From the NCBI GenBank assembly GCA_016927685.1, contig JAFGMD010000004.1, forward strand, positions 1 to 53,450: a stretch of DNA of 53,450 nucleotides, read 5' to 3'. Positions 1-9,861 of the stretch are shown piece after piece (the stretch's first letter is position 1; every line of letters starts with the position of its first letter). The notes beneath the pieces were generated by a model. The model saw only the letters and a program-made list of their open reading frames with translations. It did not search any database and was not told the DNA's origin. The translations under genes were made by a program, and so were the position numbers. Source of the stretch: Candidatus Falkowbacteria bacterium (GTDB lineage Bacteria; Patescibacteriota; Patescibacteriia; CAIXNZ01).

Positions 1-1
1 G

Positions 2-361
2 CCTATTCCTGTTTGCGGAAACGGAATTTGCGAAACAAATGAAACATCTGAAAACTGTCCAAATGATTGCCCCCCCGTAATTTTACCAGATACGGAATTG
101 GCGCCTTTGCGCGGTGCTTTGGCACAGTTTGGCGGAGACAGCAATATATTTTTAATAGAAAATAATGGCGAATTGAGAAAAATAGACAAACAAACAGTGA
201 TATTTAAAAATGGGCAAAATATTTATCAATTAAACCAGAATTTGATTTATTCGTTATCATCGCAATTTGCCAACACAAGAAAAGGAAAAGATGTGAAAGG
301 ATTTATTGATTGGGATCCGCGCATTCTGACAGAACAAGAATTAGCACCGTATATAAAATAA
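2..361 (+). CDS. 5'-truncated surface/secreted protein C-terminus with a Cys-rich CGNGICE..E..ENCPNDC repeat
   Basis: The frame of the listed 98..361 ORF is open back to base 2 and reads PIPVCGNGICETNETSENCPNDCPP; stop at 361. Confidence 0.75.
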   Translation, partial: PIPVCGNGICETNETSENCPNDCPPVILPDTELAPLRGALAQFGGDSNIFLIENNGELRKIDKQTVIFKNGQNIYQLNQNLIYSLSSQFANTRKGKDVKGFIDWDPRILTEQELAPYIK

Positions 362-403
362 TAATTTATTAATTTATAATTCAAAATTCATAATTAAAAA
401 ATT

Positions 404-796
404 ATGGCAAAAGAAAACAAAGCAAAAATACTTTTAATAGAAGACGACACTTTTTTGGTAGAAATGTACATGACAAAATTTGAATTAGAAGGCTTTTCAG
501 TTATTTCTGCCGAAGACGGCCAAAAAGGCCTGGAAATGGTGAAAAAGGAAAATCCAGACATAATACTTTTGGATATTTTAATGCCAAAAATGGATGGCTT
601 CGCTGTTTTAGATGCTTTAAAAAAGGATAAAGCAACTGCTAATATACCCGTTGTCTTATTGACTAATTTGGGCCAGAAAGAGGACGTAAAAAAAGGGTTT
701 GAAAAAGGCGCTGTCGGATATTTGATTAAAGCTCATTTTATGCCCTCTGAAGTGGTGGACAAAATAAAAAAGATTTTAAAAGAAAGTAAAAAATAA
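404..796 (+). CDS. Single-domain response regulator (CheY-like receiver)
   Basis: ILLIEDD, PDIILLD (phospho-Asp), MPKMDG, LLTN, GAVGYLIKA; no output domain. Confidence 0.92.
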   Translation: MAKENKAKILLIEDDTFLVEMYMTKFELEGFSVISAEDGQKGLEMVKKENPDIILLDILMPKMDGFAVLDALKKDKATANIPVVLLTNLGQKEDVKKGFEKGAVGYLIKAHFMPSEVVDKIKKILKESKK

Positions 797-800
797 GCTA

Positions 801-1262
801 ATGTCGAGGGGCATTACTAAAATTGAAATTTTAATAGTTATTCTTTTGGCGGTGATAATTATCGCGGGCGATGTTTTTGTCTGGATATATTTAGATAAAA
901 AAGCTCACGATGTAAATATCTTGTCAGATATTAATCAAATCAGAAGCAGTTTGGATGTTTATTTGACAATAAATAATTATTATCCCAAAATAAGTGAAGC
1001 AGTGCTTTTAAACGATGATTATTCAAGTACGCAAAAATTATGCGCAGAGGGCTTTAAAAGAATTAATGATAAATGTGCAATGGTGATTCAAGACCCGCTT
1101 CCCAATAGTTATTTAAGCGAGGGAAATAATTATATGTATAAATCCGATGGCGAAAATTATCAGATTCAATTTTATTTAAGCACCAATTTTTCGCAATTTA
1201 ATTTAGTTAAAGGGGTAAATTGCGCAACTAATTCAACTATTACAAGCACTCCTTGTTTTTAA
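801..1262 (+). CDS. Type IV pilin / GspG-like minor pilin
   Basis: Class III signal G|ITKIE (Glu at +5, Ile instead of Phe at +1), hydrophobic helix, YYP motif, Cys pairs. Confidence 0.75.
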   Translation: MSRGITKIEILIVILLAVIIIAGDVFVWIYLDKKAHDVNILSDINQIRSSLDVYLTINNYYPKISEAVLLNDDYSSTQKLCAEGFKRINDKCAMVIQDPLPNSYLSEGNNYMYKSDGENYQIQFYLSTNFSQFNLVKGVNCATNSTITSTPCF

Positions 1263-1265
1263 ACT

Positions 1266-1745
1266 ATGAAATACAATAATAAACAAAATGGTTTTTCTCT
1301 AGTCGAGCTTTTAATTGTTATTTTGGTAATTTTAGTATTAGCTACTATTTCTGCATTGGCAGTTAATAGTCAAAAGGCCAAGGCCCGTGATGCCAAGCGT
1401 ATCAGTGATATTCGGGCAATCCAGACAGCTTTGGAATTTTATAAAAGCGACGAGGGTCAATATCCTATATATGAGCAAACGCTAATTTTAGGCAAAGATG
1501 TCACAAAATTATGTAGCAAAGCAGAGGGTAGTTTTGTTTCGGCAAGTACAGTTTGCAGTGCTGAAACTACATATATGGCAGAAATTCCAGCTGATCCGCT
1601 TTCTGGAAATATTTATCTTTATTATGGCTCTGCAGATACATTTGATATTAGTTTCACGACTGAAAAACCAAGTGTTTTGGGCGCAGCCGGAAATTATTAT
1701 GCTCATCCTGGCGATATAGACATTTTTCCCAGCGGTCAAAAATAA
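1266..1745 (+). CDS. Type IV pilin (prepilin-type N-terminal methylation domain, GspG-like)
   Basis: KQNG|FSLVELLIVI, KARDAKRISDI, GQYP, IPADP. Confidence 0.9.
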   Translation: MKYNNKQNGFSLVELLIVILVILVLATISALAVNSQKAKARDAKRISDIRAIQTALEFYKSDEGQYPIYEQTLILGKDVTKLCSKAEGSFVSASTVCSAETTYMAEIPADPLSGNIYLYYGSADTFDISFTTEKPSVLGAAGNYYAHPGDIDIFPSGQK

Positions 1746-1777
1746 AATTTTTATTGTTATGATTTTTTTAAATACAG

Positions 1778-1803
1778 AAAAAAGGGCTTTTTTGCCCTTT
1801 TTA
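1778..1803 (+). terminator. Intrinsic terminator
   Basis: aaaaaagggc-tttttt-gccctttttt hairpin with T tract after the pilin gene. Confidence 0.75.
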
Positions 1804-1813
1804 TTTATTTAAT

Positions 1814-2572
1814 ATGTCATTCACTATTATAATTTTATTTATCTTCGGCTTGATCTTCGGCAGTTTTTTGAACAGCTTGATTTATAGATTTTATCATAAT
1901 ATTTCAATGTGGGGACGCTCTTTTTGCCCGAATTGCAAATGCGAATTAAAAATAGTAGATTTGATTCCGCTTTTCAGTTTTATTATCTTGAAGTGCAAAT
2001 GCCGTTATTGTTTGCAAAAAATTTCTTATCAATATTTTTTTATTGAACTAACAATTGGCTTTTTATTTGTTTTGGCCTTTTTACAGCATCAAATAATTGA
2101 TTTACTTTTGCTTCGTAATTTATTTTTTATTCTAGTGCTGGTTTTTATTTTTGTTTTTGATCTGAAATATTATTTGATTTTAGATAGAGTAATTTGGCCG
2201 GCGTTTTTTATTGCTATGGTGATAAATTTGTATCTTGGATTTGGAATTTGGAATTTGGTGCTTGGAGCTTCCATTGGTTGTGGATTTTTTCTGGTTCAAT
2301 ACTTAATTTCCAGTGGTCAATGGATTGGTCTGGGCGATGTAAAATTAGGTGCATTAATAGGCGTAATGTTTGGCTGGCAATTAACGCTTTTAATTATAGC
2401 CATAGCTTATGTGCTTGGCGGTTTAACGGCCATAATTTTATTATTAAGCAAAAAAAAGAAGTTTGGCGAGATTTTGCCCATGGGCACATTTTTAGCCCTA
2501 GCCAGCATAATTGCCTTGCTATGGGGCGAACAGATTTTATATTATTATATTAATATATTAGGTTGGCAAATG

Positions 2573-2575
<3 letters not shown>
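1814..2575 (+). CDS. pilD: Prepilin peptidase / N-methyltransferase (A24)
   Basis: GSFLN, RSFCPNC, KCRYC Zn motifs, FVFDLKY and GLGDVKL catalytic Asp motifs, multiple TM helices. Confidence 0.95.
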
Positions 2576-4662
<2,087 letters not shown>

Positions 4663-4667
4663 TTAAC

Positions 4668-4752
4668 GCCCTTTGTCATTCCGAGCTTGTCGAGGAATCT
4701 ATGGCTTCATGGATTCTTCGCTTCGCTCTGAATGACGTTGCAGACAAAGGGC
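4668..4752. repeat. REP-like palindromic element nested in a 10-bp inverted repeat
   Basis: gccctttgtc (4668-4677) / gacaaagggc (4743-4752) perfect IR; inner gtcattccgagc / gctctgaatgac and gaggaatct / ggattcttc arms. Confidence 0.75.
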
Positions 4753-4802
4753 TTTCAAAATTTTTATTAAATTAACCAATAAACAAATAAACAATTAACC
4801 TT

Positions 4803-5117
4803 ATGAAAATTGACATTAAAGGCACTAACATGGAGCTGACTGAAGCCATTAAAGATTATGTAAATGAAAAAATCGGCGGTCTGGAAAGATTTTTTGACAA
4901 TATTATTGAAGCGCGTGTTGATGTAGGCAAAACAAGCAACCATCACCAAAAAGGAGATGTGTTTCGCGCAGAAGTTAATCTGCAGGTTCCCAATACTATT
5001 TTGCGCGCTGAAGCCGAAAGAGAAGATTTATACATGGCCATTAACGAGGTTAAAGATGAAATTCAGCGGCAACTGAAAAAGTACAAGGAAAAGATGAGAG
5101 GTAATGTGAAATTTTAA
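4803..5117 (+). CDS. raiA: Ribosome hibernation factor (short HPF/RaiA, S30AE family)
   Basis: MKIDIKG.NMELTEAIKDYV.EKI..LERF, EDLYMAINEV.DEIQRQLKKYKEK. Confidence 0.93.
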   Translation: MKIDIKGTNMELTEAIKDYVNEKIGGLERFFDNIIEARVDVGKTSNHHQKGDVFRAEVNLQVPNTILRAEAEREDLYMAINEVKDEIQRQLKKYKEKMRGNVKF

Positions 5118-5127
5118 TGATTCAAAT

Positions 5128-5154
5128 AAAAAACCCCGCGGAGCGGGGTTTTTA
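5128..5154. terminator. Bidirectional intrinsic terminator
   Basis: aaaaaaccccgcggagcggggttttta between convergent raiA and the 5160 ORF. Confidence 0.85.
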
Positions 5155-5159
5155 CGCTT

Positions 5160-5585
5160 TTATTTATGCCATTTGAAATCTTGCGTAAAGAAGATTCTTC
5201 TTATTTTTAAACAGAGCTCATTCATGGAAAATTCTATCTGGGCGCCGATTTTGTTAGCAAATTTCATAACCCACTTATGTCTTTGGGGGTTAAACGCGGA
5301 GTAAAGAATTACTTGAGCATTTGGATAAAGCTTTTTAGCTTCTTCTATTACTTCAAATCCTTTTCTTTTTTTCATGTCCCTTAACGGAACGTCAAGCATG
5401 CTAATAATAAGATCAAAATTCCTGCCTTCTGGAATTTTGCTTACATCGCACGAATAAGTCATATTCACTCTGGTTGGCCCGAGTTTATTTTTCACAGCGT
5501 CTTCACCAACAAAACCGATATTCAATAGCATGCCAGCTATTGTGTCTGTAATCACAAAGATGCTAATCTGCTTTTCCTGTTTCAT
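5160..5585 (-). CDS. Hypothetical protein, degenerate receiver-like fold, paralogue 1 (141 aa)
   Basis: AGGAGG SD; FDLIISMLD / VILYS / KIGAQIEF pattern; colinear with the neighbouring gene. Confidence 0.7.
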   Translation of the reverse strand: MKQEKQISIFVITDTIAGMLLNIGFVGEDAVKNKLGPTRVNMTYSCDVSKIPEGRNFDLIISMLDVPLRDMKKRKGFEVIEEAKKLYPNAQVILYSAFNPQRHKWVMKFANKIGAQIEFSMNELCLKIRRIFFTQDFKWHK

Positions 5586-5652
5586 TTTCCCTCCTTTTCG
5601 TTATTAAAGAACAACTTCAAATTATTCTTTTTTTATTTTTGCGAATAAGTAT

Positions 5653-6078
5653 TCAATCTTCATCCCATATAAAATCTTGTGGGAAAAAGAGTGTTCTTAC
5701 TTTTACGCAAAGAGATGCCGCGCAAAATTCTATTTGGGCGCCAATTTTTTTAGCATATTCCATAATTTCTTTATGATTTTTGGGGTTAATCCAGGAATAC
5801 AAGATAACCGGAACAGTAGGATGCATTTTTATAGCCCTGTTAATCATTTCCATGCGATGCTCATGAAACGAACGTTTGAGATTAGGAAGTACGCCGATAA
5901 TAAGGTCAAAATCGCTATCTTTGGGTATCTCCTGGATAAGGTTAACATGAATTAGGCGGACCCTTTTTTCACCAAGTTTGTTTCCCGCGCTTTCTTGACC
6001 GACAAAATTGACGTTTATGTCACTGCCTTGAAAAAGACCTCCTAACACTAAAATATTGATCGATCCATCTTGATTCAT
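5653..6078 (-). CDS. Hypothetical protein, degenerate receiver-like fold, paralogue 2 (141 aa)
   Basis: Start moved to ATG 6078 (GGAGG SD, promoter upstream), giving the same length as the paralogue; FDLIIGVLP / PVILYS / KIGAQIEF. Confidence 0.7.
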   Translation of the reverse strand: MNQDGSINILVLGGLFQGSDINVNFVGQESAGNKLGEKRVRLIHVNLIQEIPKDSDFDLIIGVLPNLKRSFHEHRMEMINRAIKMHPTVPVILYSWINPKNHKEIMEYAKKIGAQIEFCAASLCVKVRTLFFPQDFIWDED

Positions 6079-6118
6079 TTTTTCCTCCCTTCTTTTTTTA
6101 AAAGACCAATTTGTGTTG

Positions 6119-6147
6119 AGCTTATTAAAATAACTTAAAAAAGTCAA
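6119..6147 (-). promoter_or_regulatory. Sigma70-type promoter of the receiver-like pair
   Basis: TTGACT-N17-TAAGCT on the minus strand. Confidence 0.6.
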
Positions 6148-6157
6148 GAAATAACCC

Positions 6158-6186
6158 TTGAAAATAATAATAATTTTTGGTATACT
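6158..6186 (+). promoter_or_regulatory. Sigma70-type promoter of secA
   Basis: TTGAAA-N17-TATACT with TG extension. Confidence 0.7.
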
Positions 6187-6204
6187 TGATTTATTCTATA
6201 ATTA

Positions 6205-6324
6205 AAAGAGCTAAAAGTGCTAAAGGATAATAAGAGCTACAGGCTAAGAGGCAACTAGGTTATTAACCTTTTATCCTATAATCCTATGGCCCCTTTTTGC
6301 CTATAGTTCCTATAGCTCCTATAA
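6205..6324. repeat. Nonamer (CCTATAGCT-like) tandem/palindromic intergenic element, copy 1
   Basis: Purine-rich arm aagagcta..agagctacagg followed by cctataat/cctatagtt/cctatagct repeats; homologous to 9664-9817. Confidence 0.8.
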
Positions 6325-6327
6325 AAC

Positions 6328-9039
6328 ATGTCTATATTAACAAAGATTTTCGGTGACCCGAATAAGCGTGTTATTACGCAAATCCAGCCAATCGTGGAGA
6401 AAATAAATGGACTAGAAAAAGATATCCAAGTTCTATCAGACGAGGCGCTGAAAAATAAAACCAAAGAATTTAAAGAACGCCTGAATAAAGGTGAAACTCT
6501 GGATGATATATTGCCAGAGGCTTTTGCTGTTGTGCGGGAAACTGCCAAAAGAGTTTTGGGCCAGCGCCATTTTGACGTGCAATTAATCGGCGGCATTGTT
6601 TTGCACCGCGGCCAGATTGCAGAAATGAGAACTGGTGAAGGCAAAACTTTAACTTCAACCCTGGCCATTTATTTAAATGCTTTAGAGGGCAAGGGCGTTC
6701 ATGTAGTTACGGTTAATGACTACTTAGCTCGCCGTGATTGCGCCTGGATGGGCCAGATTTATAATTTTTTGGGCTTAACAATTGGTTGTATTCAAAATCA
6801 AAATGTTTCCTATGTTTATGATTCCACCGTCAAAGCGGATTTGTCAGATAATAAAGATGAGAGCATAAAAATATTCAAAGTTGATATGGATAATTTACGT
6901 TTAGTGAGCAATAGAAAAGAGGCCTATGTTTGTGATATTACTTATGGCACCAATAATGAATTTGGTTTTGATTATTTGCGCGATAATATGGTTTCGCGTT
7001 TGTCAGACAAGGCACAGCGGGAAAATAATTATGCCATTGTTGATGAAGTGGACAGTATCTTGATTGACGAAGCCAGAACGCCATTGATAATTTCCGCGCC
7101 AGACGCTGAAGGCGCTGAAAAATATTACAAATATGCGCAAATTGCCAAAACTTTAAAAGAAAATATTGATTATAATATTGATGAAAAAATGCACACTGTT
7201 TCTTTTACTGATGAAGGTACGGAAAAAATAGCCAAAACCCTGGGTTTTGACCCCTGGGTGCAAATGGATTATGATGCCACCTTTCATTTGGAAGCGGCTT
7301 TGAAGGCGCACACCCTGTTTCATTTGGACAAGCAATATGTGGTTAAAAACGGCGAAGTTTTAATAGTCGATGAATTTACAGGCCGGCTTATGCCGGGTCG
7401 CCGCTATTCAGAAGGTTTGCATCAGGCCTTGGAAGCCAAAGAGGGTTTGCCGATTCAAAAAGAAAGCAAGACCATGGCGACTATTACTTTTCAAAATTTA
7501 TTCCGTTTATACAATAAATTGGCAGGCATGACTGGTACGGCTTCCACTGAGGCAGAAGAATTCCATAAGATTTATAAATTGGAAGTAGTGGAAATTCCCA
7601 CTAATAAGCCCATGATTCGCGCTGACCAAAACGATTTGATTTATAAAAACGAGCAGGCCAAGTTTGAAGCCGTGGTTAAAGAAGTTAAAGCGCGACATGC
7701 CAAAGGTCAGCCGGTTTTGATTGGTACAATTTCTATTGAGAAAAACGAATACTTGGGCAAACTTTTAGAGAAAAACGGCGTGCCGCACAATTTATTAAAT
7801 GCCAAGAATCACGAGAAAGAAGCAGAAATAATAGCCCAAGCTGGTAAAGTAGGAGCTGTCACTTTAGCTACTAATATGGCTGGACGAGGCGTGGATATTA
7901 TTTTAGGCGGAAATCCGATTGATCCAATTGAAGCCGAAAAAGTAAAACAGGCAGGCGGTTTAATAGTTATTGGCACAGAAAGACATGAAGCGCGGCGCAT
8001 TGATAATCAGTTGCGCGGTCGTTCCGGCCGCCAGGGAGATTCCGGCGAATCGCGCTTTTTTGTTTCTTTGGAAGATGATTTAATGCGCATTTTCGGGTCA
8101 GACAGAATAAAAAATGTCATGACTACATTGCGAGTGCCAGAAGATGTGCCTATTGAAAATAAATTCATTTCCAAATCCATTGAACAAGCGCAAAGAAAAT
8201 TAGAGGGCTTTCATTTTGATACTAGAAAACATTTGGTGGAATATGATGATGTTTTAAATAAGCATCGCGATACCATCTATACTAAAAGACAAGAAATTCT
8301 GGAGATTGCGGAAAATTATAAAACAGACGTGAGCTTGCGAGCCAAGCTTTTTGAAATGATTGAGGCGGAGTTGGAACAGGTGGTATTATTTCACACCGCC
8401 GGTGATGATGAAAGAGCTTGGAATATCAAAGAAATCTATGAGGTGGCTAATACAATTTTTCCGGTTGAGGAAAAAGATAAGATAGAGTTGGTGGAAATCA
8501 GAAAAACAGCCGGCAGTCGGGCCGAAGACGCCAAAAGCCGAGGCAAAATTATTGATTATTTAATTTCTTTGGCCAATAAGGCCTATGATAAATTACAAGA
8601 AGGGATTAAAGATGAAAAATTAATGAAGGAAATTGAGAAAGCGGTTTTAATCCGCGCCATTGATTATAATTGGATTTTTCATTTGGAAGCCATTGATCAT
8701 TTACGTGCTGGAATCGGTTTGCGCGGCTACGGCCAGATGGATCCTTTGGTGGAATATAAAAAAGAATGTTTTAGATTATTTAATGAGCTTTTAAATAATA
8801 TTCAGCGCCAGGTTGTTTATAGCATTTTCAAAATCGGCATGATCAATCAGGTGAGGCCAAGTTTAGTTGAACAAAAAAAAGAATTTCATGGCGCGAGCGA
8901 GACAATGCAAAAGGGAACAGTTTTTGGAGAATTAGGCGAGAGAAAAGAACAGGTGGTGAAAAAAAGAGGGGAAGTGGGCAGAAATGAACCTTGTCCTTGC
9001 GGGTCTGGCAAAAAATATAAAAAATGTTGCGGAGCTTAA
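6328..9039 (+). CDS. secA: Preprotein translocase ATPase SecA
   Basis: AEMRTGEGKT Walker A, DEVDSILIDEARTPLIIS, ATNMAGRGVDI, RRIDNQLRGRSGRQGD, C-terminal SEC-C motif GRNEPCPCGSGKKYKKCCG. Confidence 0.99.
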   Translation: MSILTKIFGDPNKRVITQIQPIVEKINGLEKDIQVLSDEALKNKTKEFKERLNKGETLDDILPEAFAVVRETAKRVLGQRHFDVQLIGGIVLHRGQIAEMRTGEGKTLTSTLAIYLNALEGKGVHVVTVNDYLARRDCAWMGQIYNFLGLTIGCIQNQNVSYVYDSTVKADLSDNKDESIKIFKVDMDNLRLVSNRKEAYVCDITYGTNNEFGFDYLRDNMVSRLSDKAQRENNYAIVDEVDSILIDEARTPLIISAPDAEGAEKYYKYAQIAKTLKENIDYNIDEKMHTVSFTDEGTEKIAKTLGFDPWVQMDYDATFHLEAALKAHTLFHLDKQYVVKNGEVLIVDEFTGRLMPGRRYSEGLHQALEAKEGLPIQKESKTMATITFQNLFRLYNKLAGMTGTASTEAEEFHKIYKLEVVEIPTNKPMIRADQNDLIYKNEQAKFEAVVKEVKARHAKGQPVLIGTISIEKNEYLGKLLEKNGVPHNLLNAKNHEKEAEIIAQAGKVGAVTLATNMAGRGVDIILGGNPIDPIEAEKVKQAGGLIVIGTERHEARRIDNQLRGRSGRQGDSGESRFFVSLEDDLMRIFGSDRIKNVMTTLRVPEDVPIENKFISKSIEQAQRKLEGFHFDTRKHLVEYDDVLNKHRDTIYTKRQEILEIAENYKTDVSLRAKLFEMIEAELEQVVLFHTAGDDERAWNIKEIYEVANTIFPVEEKDKIELVEIRKTAGSRAEDAKSRGKIIDYLISLANKAYDKLQEGIKDEKLMKEIEKAVLIRAIDYNWIFHLEAIDHLRAGIGLRGYGQMDPLVEYKKECFRLFNELLNNIQRQVVYSIFKIGMINQVRPSLVEQKKEFHGASETMQKGTVFGELGERKEQVVKKRGEVGRNEPCPCGSGKKYKKCCGA

Positions 9040-9059
9040 ATTTTTCAAGGAGGTTAAAT

Positions 9060-9242
9060 ATGGAACAAGAAAATAAACCAAGAGTGGAAATTGGCATGCA
9101 TAATCATAATCGGCCAAAAATTGAAAAAACAGAAAAAGGGATAAAAATGTTAGGTTCCATATCTAAAGATAGTAATGAGCTGGAAAAAAATTTTTCCTGC
9201 AACGGTCATATTGGCCATGAAATTACTGAAATAATTAAATAA
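9060..9242 (+). CDS. Small hypothetical protein (60 aa)
   Basis: AGGAGG at 9048-9053 then ATG 9060; fills the secA-mscL gap. Confidence 0.6.
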   Translation: MEQENKPRVEIGMHNHNRPKIEKTEKGIKMLGSISKDSNELEKNFSCNGHIGHEITEIIK

Positions 9243-9274
9243 TAATAAATTTTTAAAAAAATAATTTAAAAACT

Positions 9275-9658
9275 ATGTTCAAAGAATTTAAAGAATTTGC
9301 CATAAAAGGCAATGTCATTGATATGGCAGTGGGCATTATTATTGGCGCGGCTTTTGGCAAGATTGTCAGTTCCTTTGTCGCTGACATTATTATGCCGCCA
9401 ATTGGCGTACTGCTCGGCGGTATTGATTTTTCCAGCTTTGTCATTACTTTAAAAAAAGCTACGGACATAGCGCCGGCCGTAACCCTCAATTACGGCATGT
9501 TTATTAACACGATTATTGATTTTGTTATTATTGCCTTTTGTATTTTTATTTTAATTAAACAAATTAATCGCTTTAAAAAGAAAGAAGAAGCCAAGCCGGC
9601 TGTTACGCCAGAAGAGGTTGTTTTATTGAGAGAGATAAGGGATAACTTGAAGAAATAA
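9275..9658 (+). CDS. mscL: Large-conductance mechanosensitive channel
   Basis: [49 protein letters not shown]. Confidence 0.98.
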   Translation: MFKEFKEFAIKGNVIDMAVGIIIGAAFGKIVSSFVADIIMPPIGVLLGGIDFSSFVITLKKATDIAPAVTLNYGMFINTIIDFVIIAFCIFILIKQINRFKKKEEAKPAVTPEEVVLLREIRDNLKK

Positions 9659-9663
9659 TTTAG

Positions 9664-9817
9664 AAGAGCGAAAAGAACTAAAGGCATAGAAGAGCTACAT
9701 GCTAAGAGGCAAATAGGCCTTTTAGCCTTTAATCCTATAAACCTATAGCTCCTGTAGCTCCTGTAGCTCCTATAATCTTATAGCCCCTCTAAATCCTATA
9801 GCTCCTGTAGCCCCTAT
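9664..9817. repeat. Nonamer (CCTRTAGCT-like) tandem/palindromic intergenic element, copy 2
   Basis: cctatagct cctgtagct cctgtagct cctataat...; the left arm is colinear with 6205-6290. Confidence 0.8.
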
Positions 9818-9824
9818 TAAAAAG

Positions 9825-9856
9825 AAAACCCCCATACCATTTGGTACAGGGGTTTT
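9825..9856. terminator. Bidirectional terminator
   Basis: aaaacccccatacca-t-ttggtacaggggtttt between convergent mscL and the lipoprotein gene. Confidence 0.75.
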
Positions 9857-9861
9857 GTGTA

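Noticed and set aside
6187-6327. SecM-like leader peptide or known riboswitch upstream of secA
   Set aside because: No credible ORF with start signals and no recognisable aptamer; the region is explained by the repeat element.
6205-9817. CRISPR array from the nonamer or heptamer repeats
   Set aside because: Units are 7-9 nt and directly tandem with no unique spacers; no cas genes. The PD-(D/E)XK domain is fused to UvrD and is not a stand-alone Cas4.
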